Shown: positions 9,267 to 20,013 of the stretch, one piece after another
How positions within the stretch are numbered: the first letter of the stretch is position 1
Layout of the letters: every line of letters begins with the position of its first letter
From: Coraliomargaritaceae bacterium
Lineage (GTDB): Bacteria > Verrucomicrobiota > Verrucomicrobiia > Opitutales > Coraliomargaritaceae
DNA length: 64,000 nt
Assembly (NCBI GenBank): GCA_965657485.1
Contig: CBFHPB010000004.1
Location: forward strand, 1,947-65,946
Direction: 5' to 3'
Position numbers and translations under genes: made by a program
Notes under the pieces: generated by a model
What the model was told of the DNA's origin: nothing
Database searches by the model: none
The model's input: the letters and a program-made list of their open reading frames with translations, nothing else

Positions 9267-10289
9267 ATGAACGCAGCAATCATAGGCGCATCCGGTTACT
9301 CAGGCGAAGAACTTGTCCGGATTCTTTCACAGCACCCGAATGTCGAGCTCACAGCGGTCACCTCCCGGTCGCTGGCAGGCACACCTGTAGCGGATCAAAT
9401 GCCGAGCCTCAGACATCTGGTCGGCGATCTCGCGTTCACAACGTCCGATCCCGCCGAGTTGGCAGGCAACGCTGATATTGATATCTTTTTCCTCGCCCTA
9501 CCCCATGGCGTGGCATCGGAATTTGCCGACCCGCTCTATCAAGCTGGCAAGGTGGTCATCGACCTGAGTGCCGACTTCCGGCTTGGTAAAACACGGATCT
9601 ACGAAGATTACTACGGCCAACCACACCCAGCGCCTCACTTGCTAGAGGCAGCGCCCTACGTCATCCCGGAGCTAGCTGATGACAAATGGAAAGAAGCCAA
9701 ACTGATCGCGTGCCCGGGCTGCTATCCTACCAGCATACAGATTCCTCTGGTTCCACTTCTCAAAGCGGGACACATCGACCCTAAAGGCATCGTAATTAAC
9801 AGCTACAGCGGCGTCAGCGGCGCCGGACGGAAAGTGGCAGAGGACTTTATATACTGTGAAAGGAACGAAAGTATGAAGGCCTACGGCCTGCCCAAGCACA
9901 GGCACCTTTCAGAAATCGAAGAGCAACTAGAGAAAGCCGCCTTTGCCGATTGCACTGTGCAGTTCAACCCACACCTCGCACCCATGTCACGGGGCATTTC
10001 GACAACGATCGTAGCCAAGGCGAAATCCGGAATCAAACAACTCTACACAACATGGGAGAAAGCCTACGCAGACAAAGCCTTTGTATCCGTTCTCCCTACA
10101 AGTACGTATCCGGATACCAAATACGTAAGCGGCACCAACCGGTGTGACATCTCCGCTGTCTATGACCCACGGACCGAAAACTTCGTCATCACTTCCGCGA
10201 TCGACAACCTAATCAAGGGCGCCAGCGGCCAAGCCGTGCAAATCATGAATCTCAAATTCGGCTTCGAAGAAACTGCTGGTTTAAAGTAA
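9267..10289 (+). CDS. argC: N-acetyl-gamma-glutamyl-phosphate reductase
   Basis: IIGASGYSG, FLALPHG, DLSADFRL, IACPGCYPT, SGVSGAGR, IDNLIKGASGQAVQ. Confidence 0.97.
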   Translation: MNAAIIGASGYSGEELVRILSQHPNVELTAVTSRSLAGTPVADQMPSLRHLVGDLAFTTSDPAELAGNADIDIFFLALPHGVASEFADPLYQAGKVVIDLSADFRLGKTRIYEDYYGQPHPAPHLLEAAPYVIPELADDKWKEAKLIACPGCYPTSIQIPLVPLLKAGHIDPKGIVINSYSGVSGAGRKVAEDFIYCERNESMKAYGLPKHRHLSEIEEQLEKAAFADCTVQFNPHLAPMSRGISTTIVAKAKSGIKQLYTTWEKAYADKAFVSVLPTSTYPDTKYVSGTNRCDISAVYDPRTENFVITSAIDNLIKGASGQAVQIMNLKFGFEETAGLK

Positions 10290-10326
10290 GCCCATTCCCA
10301 CCCTCACATTCACTTTCACTTACAGC

Positions 10327-11562
10327 ATGAGCGACGTAATCCCAGTTAAACTGATCGACGATCCGAAAGGTATTTCAGATTGCCCCAGCTTCAAGACAGC
10401 TGGCGTGGCGTGCGACGTGCGGGAAAACGGTGACCTTAAGCGGCTCGATCTAACACTCGTCACCGCAGACAAGCCATGCAGTGCTGCGGGTGTTTTCACA
10501 CTCAACGACGTTTGCGCCGCGCCCGTTCACGTCTGCAAACAGATCCTAACCAGCCCCACCGCCAAGATAGGCGGATTCGTGGCCAACAGCGGCAATGCCA
10601 ACGCAGCCACAGGCGAACAGGGCATGATCGATGCCAAAGAGATGTCAGCGACATCCCAATTGGAAACCGGCATCGGTTCCCCTTTCCTAGTATGCTCCAC
10701 TGGGCGGATCGGCCGGAAACTGCCGATGGGAAAAATCAAAGCAGGCATTGCTGCCGCTGCGGCCGCCTTGAATGAGGATAGCCAAAACTCACTTGACTCG
10801 GCGGACGCCATTCTCACTTCCGACACTCGACGAAAATGCGCCACCGCACAATTCACCTATAAGACAAAGACGATCACCGTCGCGGGCATCGCCAAGGGGG
10901 CTGGAATGATTGAGCCCAATATGGCAACAATGCTCGCTTTCCTGGCGACCAACATTGATGCCGATAACAGCGCGCTGAAAAACGCGCTCACTCAGGCCAG
11001 CAATAAAACATTTAACCGGATCTCCATCGATGGTGATATGAGCACCAACGACACCGTGCTTCTTCTCGCCAATGGCGAATCTGGAGTGGCTCCGGACGAA
11101 AGCCCCGAGCTACTCCAAGCTTTCCGGGAAGCCGTATTCATGGTCTGCGATGCCCTGGCCGAAAAAATCGTCGGCGATGGTGAAAAAGTCACCAAGCTCG
11201 TCGAGCTAGTTGTCAAAGGCTGCCAGTCAGAAGCCGACGCCGAAAAAGTCGCCAGATCCGTTGGTAACTCCTTGCTAGTCAAGACCTCCTGGTATGGGTC
11301 CGACCCTAACTGGGGACGGATCGCCGACGCTGCGGGCTACGCTAGGATCGGCCTCAAGGAGGAGTTGTTGGATATTCACTACGACGAAGTGCCCGCCTTA
11401 ATTAAAGGCGTTCCACAGGACGAAAAGCTCAGCCAATGGAAAGAGATCGTCTCGAAGAAACGCTTCCGGATCACACTCAATCTAAATCAAGGCAGCGGAA
11501 CTTTCCGCCTGCTAACATCCGACCTTAGCGAGGCTTACGTCGACTTTAACAAGTCCGAGTAA
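10327..11562 (+). CDS. argJ: Glutamate N-acetyltransferase / ornithine acetyltransferase
   Basis: NSGNANAATG, CSTGRIG, AKGAGMIEPNMATML (autocleavage site), IDGDMSTND, DPNWGRI. Confidence 0.97.
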   Translation: MSDVIPVKLIDDPKGISDCPSFKTAGVACDVRENGDLKRLDLTLVTADKPCSAAGVFTLNDVCAAPVHVCKQILTSPTAKIGGFVANSGNANAATGEQGMIDAKEMSATSQLETGIGSPFLVCSTGRIGRKLPMGKIKAGIAAAAAALNEDSQNSLDSADAILTSDTRRKCATAQFTYKTKTITVAGIAKGAGMIEPNMATMLAFLATNIDADNSALKNALTQASNKTFNRISIDGDMSTNDTVLLLANGESGVAPDESPELLQAFREAVFMVCDALAEKIVGDGEKVTKLVELVVKGCQSEADAEKVARSVGNSLLVKTSWYGSDPNWGRIADAAGYARIGLKEELLDIHYDEVPALIKGVPQDEKLSQWKEIVSKKRFRITLNLNQGSGTFRLLTSDLSEAYVDFNKSE

Positions 11563-11604
11563 TTGCAGTTCTTCAACTTTTCCAAATTTCAGAATATCCA
11601 AACA

Positions 11605-12495
11605 ATGACACCAACCGAACATCTTGATGCCACGACCAAGTCAGCAGTGCTCTTGGAAGCACTCCCGTATATCCAACGGTTTCGTGATGCCATTTTCGTG
11701 GTCAAATACGGCGGCGCATTTATGGATGATGCGGACCCTGAAGTTCGGACGCGGGTGGCCACAGACATCGCCTTCCTTCACGCCGCAGGTATAAAGGTAG
11801 TCGTCGTTCACGGTGGCGGGAAAGCGATCACTCGGGCACTGGCCGAGTCGGATGTCGAAACCAGATTCGAGCACGGCCTCCGGGTCACGGATGGCGAATC
11901 TGTCAAAGTCGTCGACCACACGCTGAACAATGTCGTCAATCTTGAGATTTGCGAAATCCTACAGGCTAAGAACGCGAGGCCACTCTCCATTCCCGGCAAC
12001 AACATCCTTGTCTGCGATAAAAAGGAAGTCGTAGTCGACGGCGAGAAGCTGGATCTCGGCTTTGTCGGTGAAACGCATACCGTAAAAACCAAGATCATCA
12101 AGAAGGCGCTGAACGACGGCTACATTCCAATCATCTCGCCGATCGCTTGCGACGACGACGGACAAATTTATAACACCAATGCCGACGCCGCAGCCGGCCG
12201 AGTCGCGTCCGCACTGCGCGCTCGACGACTGGTCTACCTCTGTGATGTGCCCGGTCTAATGCGTGACATCAACAAGCCGGAGTCATTGATTTCATCGTTA
12301 AAAGCGGATGAAGTTGAAGGCTTGGTCCAAGATGGCACCATCAGCAAGGGAATGATCCCGAAGACAGACAGTGCCGTCGGTGCGCTTAAAAATGGCGTCC
12401 ACCGCGTGCACTTCATCGACGGCGAACAACCACACAGCCTCCTGCTGGAAATCTTCACCGATAAGGGCGTCGGCACGGAGATCGTGAATGCCTAA
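11605..12495 (+). CDS. argB: Acetylglutamate kinase
   Basis: LLEALPYI, VVKYGG, VVVHGGG, NTNADAAA, GMIPK; ATG at 11605 preferred over TTG at 11563. Confidence 0.96.
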   Translation: MTPTEHLDATTKSAVLLEALPYIQRFRDAIFVVKYGGAFMDDADPEVRTRVATDIAFLHAAGIKVVVVHGGGKAITRALAESDVETRFEHGLRVTDGESVKVVDHTLNNVVNLEICEILQAKNARPLSIPGNNILVCDKKEVVVDGEKLDLGFVGETHTVKTKIIKKALNDGYIPIISPIACDDDGQIYNTNADAAAGRVASALRARRLVYLCDVPGLMRDINKPESLISSLKADEVEGLVQDGTISKGMIPKTDSAVGALKNGVHRVHFIDGEQPHSLLLEIFTDKGVGTEIVNA

Positions 12496-12510
12496 GCCCA
12501 CTCCGTGGGC

Positions 12511-12577
12511 TGATTAATCATCATTAATGAATGATCACTGATTGAATCAGTCATTTGTCATCAACCATCAGTAATTT
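12511..12577. repeat. AT-rich heptamer repeat array between argB and argD
   Basis: TGATTAA..TGATCAC-TGATTGA left part facing GTCATTT-GTCATCA-ACCATCA-GTAATTT (12550-12577); preceded by a 7-bp hairpin at 12495-12511. Confidence 0.55.
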
Positions 12578-12580
12578 TTT

Positions 12581-13755
<1,175 letters not shown>

Positions 13756-13771
<16 letters not shown>

Positions 13772-13866
13772 ACGCCCAACTTCCAATATTAAACTAATTC
13801 TACATTCCAAAATCCCCAATTTATAGCATTCGATGTTCAGCGTTCGACGTTGAACGTTCGATGTTC
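13756..13866. repeat. Palindromic heptamer element (5 x GAACRTC-like, spacer, 5 x GAYGTTC-like)
   Basis: Left GAACATC-GAACGTT-GAACGCC-CAACTTC-CAATATT; right GATGTTC-AGCGTTC-GACGTTG-AACGTTC-GATGTTC; the left arm supplies the argD stop codon. Confidence 0.85.
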
Positions 13867-13873
13867 CATCACA

Positions 13874-14812
13874 ATGAACCACTTCCTCAAAGAAACCGAC
13901 TTCACGCTCGAACAAGCCCAAGAGGTTTTCACCTTAGCCAAAGAGCTCAAGGCGAGCCGGCTAAACGGCCCGCAACCCCTAAACATGCAGTCTTGGGGTC
14001 TGCTCTTTTATAAGAGCAGCACACGGACACGGATCTCCTTCGAGGTCGGTGTGAACGAGCTGGGCGGCTTCCCTATTGTGCTTAATTCTGAAAACACTCA
14101 AATCGGCCGGGGCGAAACGATTGAAGACACAGCTAAAGTTATGTCGCGGTATTTGCACGGCCTTGTCATCCGGACTTACGGGCACGACATCGTCGAAGGC
14201 TTCGCCGAGCATGGAACTGTTCCCATCGTCAACGGCCTGACCGACTTCAATCATCCCTGCCAGCTCTACACCGATATCTTTACAGCGCTCGAGCACTACT
14301 CGCCCGATGCCGTCGACATCAATATTCTAAAGGGTAAGAAAGTCGCCTTCTTCGGTGACTGCGCGAGCAACATGGCCAACTCATGGATCATGACTGCGGC
14401 CATGTTTGGCATGAAGATCTCACTGGCTGGCCCAGAAAGCTATGCGCCTGAGTCTGTCATCGACGAAGCCCTCAAGGCTGACGGCCTGCCTGTGAACTAT
14501 CAGTTCACCACCGACGCTGCCGCCGCCGCCAAGGATGCTGACATCCTCTATACGGACGTATGGGTCTCCATGGGTGACGAAGCCGAAGCCGCCGAACGCA
14601 AAGCACAGATGCTACCTTACCAGGTCACCAGCGAACTGATGGCTGCGGCCAAGCCCGACGCCCTCTTCATGCACTGCTTGCCTGCTCACGCCGGCGAAGA
14701 AGTCAGCCAAGAGGTACTCGATAGCCCGCAGAGCGTCATTTTCGACGAAGCCGAGAACCGGCTTCACGCCCAAAAAGCTATCATGGCCAAGCTGATAGAG
14801 TTAAACAACTAA
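13874..14812 (+). CDS. argF: Ornithine carbamoyltransferase
   Basis: SSTRTR, HPCQ, DVWVSMG and HCLP motifs; ATG at 13874. Confidence 0.96.
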   Translation: MNHFLKETDFTLEQAQEVFTLAKELKASRLNGPQPLNMQSWGLLFYKSSTRTRISFEVGVNELGGFPIVLNSENTQIGRGETIEDTAKVMSRYLHGLVIRTYGHDIVEGFAEHGTVPIVNGLTDFNHPCQLYTDIFTALEHYSPDAVDINILKGKKVAFFGDCASNMANSWIMTAAMFGMKISLAGPESYAPESVIDEALKADGLPVNYQFTTDAAAAAKDADILYTDVWVSMGDEAEAAERKAQMLPYQVTSELMAAAKPDALFMHCLPAHAGEEVSQEVLDSPQSVIFDEAENRLHAQKAIMAKLIELNN

Positions 14813-14837
14813 GTCCTATCTTGAAGCAGCGCATAAC

Positions 14838-14871
14838 AAAACCTCCAATCGCAAGTCGATGGAGTTTTTTT
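14838..14871 (+). terminator. Probable Rho-independent terminator after argF
   Basis: CTCCA(A)TCG / CGATGGAG stem followed by T7. Confidence 0.6.
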
Positions 14872-15080
14872 GATTTCTGCATATAAGAAGTGCTCTAGCC
14901 TACTTTAAGGACTCCTCAGGGCCGTGGCAGAAGCGGCATCATAACTTTGCCGAATATTTTGAAACTATAGCATGTACGTCGCGATTATCTTTTTGATCTA
15001 GCATAAATGCGGGATACCTCATTTACAAATCATTAATGATATCTTAACTTACTATGGGCTTGTCCTGTATTTAGAGGATT

Positions 15081-17381
15081 ATGAGCAACTATATTCAATC
15101 CAACCTAAAGCGAAGGGCAGTATTCATAAGCCTGCTTCTTCTCTTTCACTCCGTCGAGGCTCGGGTCTTCACCAACTCGGAAGGCATCACTCTGGAGGCG
15201 GAACTCCACTCGATGAACGGCAACGACGTGACCATTCGCCGCACAGTGGATAACAAACTCTACACACTAAGCCTCGATAAGTTTTCCAAGAAGGATCAAA
15301 AGTTCATCGTGGCCGAGCGCGACGCAGGTCGCCTTACGATTTACAAATACACCGGCTTAGAAGAAGCCACCGCAGTCGCACCCGTCAAAAAGCACAGCAA
15401 ACACTTCAATGCCAGCAAGCGTATCGATCAAATCCTTGAAGGGCACTGGAAAAAGCAAGGCGTCGAGCCACGCCCATTTATAAATGACTCGACCTATCTA
15501 CGCCGCAGCTACCTGAAAATTGTAGGCCGCATCCCGACCCATGCAGAAGCGGTTCACTTTCTAAACAGTGAAGATCCCTACAAACGCAGCCAACTAGTCG
15601 ACAAGCTGCTCGATTCTCCGGGCTACGTAAGCCACAACTTTAATCTTTGGGCCGATATTTTGCGTGCACGCTCAATCGGCCGTGACGGCACCCAACACGG
15701 CGGCATCTATTATGTGCCTTGGATCAAAGAGCAAATCCGTAACAACGTGCCCTACGACAAATTCGTAAAAACGCTCCTCACTGCGGAAGGATATCCTTGG
15801 GATAACCCGGCGGTCGGCTACTACCTGCGCGACTATGGGATGCCACTCGACAACATGTCGATGACCGCACAGGTCTTTCTCGGCACCCAGATGCAGTGCG
15901 CCCAATGCCACGACCACCCGACCGATGTGTGGACGCAGAAAGAGTTCTATCAGCTATCCGCCTTCACCTATGGGATGGAGACAGGCATCGACATTTACAA
16001 GGAAGTTCCGGAGATCAGAAAAGTCTTCAAACAGCTTCGCCAAGAAGGCATCATTGATAACAAGGATCCTGAGAAACGTGCCGCCAACAAGACCGCACGT
16101 GACTTCTTCCAACCTATGCGCTACGGCGTAATCAACAAGAAGCGCGATCTCAAACTACCTCATGACTATCAGTATGACGACGCCGAGCCAAAGTCAGTCG
16201 TCCAGCCAGCAGTTCTCTACGGAGAGCTCGAAGACGCCGCTCTATTGCACGATCCCGACCAGCGCGTCGAAAGTTATGCCGACTGGATGGTTTCGGAAAA
16301 TAACGAGCGTTTCACCAAGGTCATTGCCAATCGCATGTGGAAGCACGCCATGGGCAAGGGCTTGATCGAGCCGGTCGACCACCTCACAGCCGAGTCCGTG
16401 GCCGACATCCCGGAACTGATGTCCTATCTCGAAGAACTGATGGTCAGCCTTGACTACGACCTGAAGCAGTACCTCCGCATCGTTTACAATACACGCTATT
16501 TCCAACGCGAAGCCGTCATCGACAATCCGGACCTGGCTGACGATTACAATTTGGAAGGCCCTGTCTTCGAGCGCATGTCAGCCGAGCAAATTTGGGACTC
16601 CATCGCCACGCTGATGACGCCCGATGTCGACGCTCATATCCGCGAAAGCTATACCGGCCGCAACAACCGCAACCAGTATGCCAGCGACGGGATGCCCGCA
16701 TCTGTGCAAATGCTGGAGACGATGCCACCAACACGGCTTGCTCAGCACATCGCCAGAGCAGCCGAGGTCTCGCAGGAATTTGAAGAAAGCCGCACCCAGC
16801 TCACAAAAATGCGCGGTGACCCGAAATTTAAAAACAGCCCAGAGCTGAAAGATGTACAAAGGAAGAGCAGGGAACTCCAAAGGGAGTATGCCGCTATAAT
16901 GAATCCGGCAATGGAATCGGATGGTTCCGGCACGATGATGGGCATGAGCATGATGGAAAGCAGCCAGCAGAAAAATAAGAATCAAAATAAAAACGGCTAT
17001 TATAAAAACCATATTCGCCGCGCTTCAGAGCTCAACTCACCGGAGTACGATGGCCACCTACTTCAAGTCTTCGGCCAGTCGGACCGAGACTTGATCGAAA
17101 ACTCCGAGTCCAGCAGCAACGTCATCCAGGCACTCTTCCTGATGAACTCCAACCAAACAAATCAATTGTTGGCCATGAACTCGACTCCGGTTCTGGAAGC
17201 ACGCCAAGCCAAGACGCCGGAGGACAAACTCGAAACTCTCTACATCGGTTTCCTTTCGCGTAAACCCACCATTGAAGAAAAAGAAGCACTCATCCCCTAC
17301 TTCATGGAAAATCCGGAAAAAGCCCGTGAACGCATCATCTGGGCGATGATGAATACTCAACAATTCCTCTTTATTCAGTAA
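15081..17381 (+). CDS. Secreted DUF1549/DUF1553 (PSCyt2/PSD1) c-type cytochrome-like protein with N-terminal SHD1-like domain
   Basis: Signal peptide; FTNSEGITLEAEL..DKFSKKDQKFI; LRRSYLKIVGRIPT, heme motif CAQCHDHP, IANRMWKHAMGKGLIEPVD, FGQSDR, QALFLMNS. Confidence 0.85.
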   Translation: MSNYIQSNLKRRAVFISLLLLFHSVEARVFTNSEGITLEAELHSMNGNDVTIRRTVDNKLYTLSLDKFSKKDQKFIVAERDAGRLTIYKYTGLEEATAVAPVKKHSKHFNASKRIDQILEGHWKKQGVEPRPFINDSTYLRRSYLKIVGRIPTHAEAVHFLNSEDPYKRSQLVDKLLDSPGYVSHNFNLWADILRARSIGRDGTQHGGIYYVPWIKEQIRNNVPYDKFVKTLLTAEGYPWDNPAVGYYLRDYGMPLDNMSMTAQVFLGTQMQCAQCHDHPTDVWTQKEFYQLSAFTYGMETGIDIYKEVPEIRKVFKQLRQEGIIDNKDPEKRAANKTARDFFQPMRYGVINKKRDLKLPHDYQYDDAEPKSVVQPAVLYGELEDAALLHDPDQRVESYADWMVSENNERFTKVIANRMWKHAMGKGLIEPVDHLTAESVADIPELMSYLEELMVSLDYDLKQYLRIVYNTRYFQREAVIDNPDLADDYNLEGPVFERMSAEQIWDSIATLMTPDVDAHIRESYTGRNNRNQYASDGMPASVQMLETMPPTRLAQHIARAAEVSQEFEESRTQLTKMRGDPKFKNSPELKDVQRKSRELQREYAAIMNPAMESDGSGTMMGMSMMESSQQKNKNQNKNGYYKNHIRRASELNSPEYDGHLLQVFGQSDRDLIENSESSSNVIQALFLMNSNQTNQLLAMNSTPVLEARQAKTPEDKLETLYIGFLSRKPTIEEKEALIPYFMENPEKARERIIWAMMNTQQFLFIQ

Positions 17382-17400
17382 GCCTCAACGGGCAGTCACC

Positions 17401-18681
17401 ATGTATAACGAACTCAATAAAATGGATGAACTCTCCCGCCGAAAGTTCATCCAATATTCAGCCAAGGCCATGCTTGGCGTCGGACTAGCTTCGACCAGTA
17501 ACAACCTCTGGGGCTCACAAGTCATCGGTCGCCCCACAGCGAAAAGCGTCATCTACATTTATCTGGGCGGCGGTATGAGCCAGCTCGAAACTTTCGACCC
17601 GAAGCCGGACTGGGAGCAACAGGGACCTGTCTCCCCGATCAATACAAACGTCGACGGCATTCGCATTTCTGAAAACCTCCCGGGTCTCGCCAAACGGATG
17701 GACAAGATGGCCATCATCCGTTCGATGACATCGAATCAGGGCGCGCACGAACAAGGTACTTACTTCATGCACACCAGCTACGAACAGCGTGGCACCATCA
17801 AACACCCCGGTCTCGGCGCATGGCTCAACTCCATGTCCGGAAAAACCAATTCCACCCTACCCGGCAACATCCGCATTGGCGGCAGCAACAATGCCCCCGG
17901 CGGTGCCGGTTTCTTCGATTCTAAATACGAACCACTCCACCTCGGCGACCCGAACAAAGGCCTCCCCTATGTGAAGCGACACAAAAACATCAGCGAGATT
18001 GAACTCGAGGAACGTCTCGCCATCGCTCAGATGATGGACCTGAGCTTTCACAAAAAATATCCGGCCAAGAAGGTAAAGGCCTACCACGATGTTTATGACG
18101 AAGCGATTCGTCTCATGACCAGCCAGGATCTGGAAGCGTTCAACTTAAACAAAGAGCCTCAATCCGTTCGCAATCGCTACGGCGATACCAAGTTTGGCAA
18201 GGGCTGCCTACTCGCACGACGTCTCGTCGAACACGGTGTCCGCTTTATCGAAGTCACCCACGGCGGCTGGGATACACACAACGACAACCACGACCAAGTC
18301 GCCAACTTGTGTAACCCGCTCGACCAATCGGTTTCCGCGCTTCTCGATGACCTTCACTATCGTGGACTTCTTGAGGAAACACTCGTTGTCATCGGCACCG
18401 AGTTTGGGCGCACCCCAAAAATCAACCAGAACGCGGGCCGCGACCACCACCCAAAAGTCTTCAGCTGCGTGCTGGCCGGCGGCGGCATCCAGGGTGGACA
18501 AGTTTACGGCGCCTCCGACGCAAGCGCACACTCCGTGGCGGAAAAACCCGTCACCGTGCCCGACTTCAACGCGACCATCGCATACTCGCTCGGCCTGCCA
18601 ACCGACAAAGTCGTTTACTCGCCAAGCGGTCGCCCATTCCAAGTCGCGCACAAGGGTCAACCCATTACCGCGCTCTTTTAA
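17401..18681 (+). CDS. DUF1501 family protein (Tat-exported)
   Basis: SRRKFI twin-arginine signal; GGMSQLETFDPKP, CLLARRLVEHGVRFIEV, GGWDTH, TEFGRTPKIN, GRDHHP. Confidence 0.9.
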   Translation: MYNELNKMDELSRRKFIQYSAKAMLGVGLASTSNNLWGSQVIGRPTAKSVIYIYLGGGMSQLETFDPKPDWEQQGPVSPINTNVDGIRISENLPGLAKRMDKMAIIRSMTSNQGAHEQGTYFMHTSYEQRGTIKHPGLGAWLNSMSGKTNSTLPGNIRIGGSNNAPGGAGFFDSKYEPLHLGDPNKGLPYVKRHKNISEIELEERLAIAQMMDLSFHKKYPAKKVKAYHDVYDEAIRLMTSQDLEAFNLNKEPQSVRNRYGDTKFGKGCLLARRLVEHGVRFIEVTHGGWDTHNDNHDQVANLCNPLDQSVSALLDDLHYRGLLEETLVVIGTEFGRTPKINQNAGRDHHPKVFSCVLAGGGIQGGQVYGASDASAHSVAEKPVTVPDFNATIAYSLGLPTDKVVYSPSGRPFQVAHKGQPITALF

Positions 18682-18684
18682 AAT

Positions 18685-19665
18685 ATGCGCCACCACTCGC
18701 TTTTTTGTAGTTCGTTCAGCAGCGCACTCTGCCTCATCGGGAGCGCTCTCCCACTCATTGCTGACGATGAGATGATGTCGGGAGAGGAAATGCAAATGGA
18801 GCCCATGATGGGCGAGATGATGGAGACCATGCAGAGCGCGGGCGATCCACATGTCGCTCTCTTCGAGGCCGCCCATTCTGTGCTCAATAATCACTGCTTC
18901 GAGTGCCATGGCGCGACCAAGCAAAAAGGCGACTACCGACTCGACCTCAGGAGCACCATTTACACACCCGGCGAGAGCGAGGCCCCGCCCATCGTCGCGG
19001 GCAAGCCCGACCAGAGTGAGCTCTTCTACCGCATGACACTGCCGATGGATGACGACGATGTCATGCCACCCAAGAAAAAGGCGCGCCCGTCGCCCAAGGA
19101 CATTCAAGCGGTCAATGACTGGATCACCGCCGGTGCCATTTGGACCAGCGAGGAAGAAGGCCGCGGCCTGCCCACCAGCTACGTTGAGATTGGCGACGAT
19201 GCCACCAACGCACTGATCGACGTAATCAACGCGACCAGAGCCAAGGCCGAATACAATGCCTGGGGCGACAACTCCGTGCGCGTCGACATGAGCTTCGCCG
19301 ATAAAGATAAACTCAAGGATGCGATTGAAGCCTTGGAAGATTTCGGTGACCAACTCGCTTGGCTCGATTGCAGCCACCTAGAACTCAAAGCTTCGTTCTT
19401 CAAAGATCTCGCCCAATACAAGAACCTACAACGCCTCCACCTCGACAACAGCAACGTAAGCGACGACGACCTCAAGTCACTCAGCGAACTGCCCAAGCTC
19501 AATTACCTCAATCTCTACGCAACCGGAATCACCGACGAAGGCATCCCCCATCTCAAAGCCTGTAAGAGCCTCGAGAAACTATTTCTTACCGATACAAAAG
19601 TGAGCAAAGAAGGCGTCGTCCAACTAAAAGCTGCCAGTCCGAAATTGGTGATTATCGGCAAGTAA
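18685..19665 (+). CDS. Planctomycete-type cytochrome c domain protein with C-terminal leucine-rich repeats
   Basis: Signal peptide, Met-rich stretch, CFECHG..QKGDYRLD, MPPK, WITAGA, then LRRs (LQRLHLDNSNVSD, LNYLNLYATGITD, LEKLFLTDTKVS). Confidence 0.85.
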   Translation: MRHHSLFCSSFSSALCLIGSALPLIADDEMMSGEEMQMEPMMGEMMETMQSAGDPHVALFEAAHSVLNNHCFECHGATKQKGDYRLDLRSTIYTPGESEAPPIVAGKPDQSELFYRMTLPMDDDDVMPPKKKARPSPKDIQAVNDWITAGAIWTSEEEGRGLPTSYVEIGDDATNALIDVINATRAKAEYNAWGDNSVRVDMSFADKDKLKDAIEALEDFGDQLAWLDCSHLELKASFFKDLAQYKNLQRLHLDNSNVSDDDLKSLSELPKLNYLNLYATGITDEGIPHLKACKSLEKLFLTDTKVSKEGVVQLKAASPKLVIIGK

Positions 19666-19716
19666 AAGTAGCGGAATACGCCGCATCCGGTATAACTTGT
19701 CGCACGAAGACCTATC

Positions 19717-19947
19717 TCCGACGTCACCAGTCCAACGCATTATGTTACCCATCGTATCGTCGAGGCGCATGCCGACGGCGCGCGCGCCAATCGGTTGCCC
19801 GCCTAGGTCATTGGTAAACGACTCGATCTCGTAAGCGTAGAGGTGGCGTTCTACTATCTCAGGCAAGACCTCCGGCTCGGCACCATTCACTGCCACGATG
19901 GTTTCACCGCGGCAGAACCATGGGCTCTCCACTGTGATTTTACCTTG
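19717..19947 (-). pseudogene. C-terminal remnant of a Gfo/Idh/MocA oxidoreductase
   Basis: After an in-frame TGA: [32 protein letters not shown] resembles GFO_IDH_MocA C-termini; no Rossmann N-terminus present. Confidence 0.45.
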
Positions 19948-20013
19948 TCAGCGCAATCCCAGCCACGTTTTCTAGCGAAATTTCAATCAAGAGATAAAGC
20001 GCCGCAAATTCCT

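Noticed and set aside
12511-12577. Possible ArgR (ARG box) operators in arg-operon spacers
   Set aside because: No TGAAT-N-ATNCA-type 18-bp palindrome; the pattern is period-7 repeats.
18208-19377. 389-aa minus-strand ORF over DUF1501 and the cytochrome-LRR gene
   Set aside because: Fully antisense to two well-supported genes; no domain signature.
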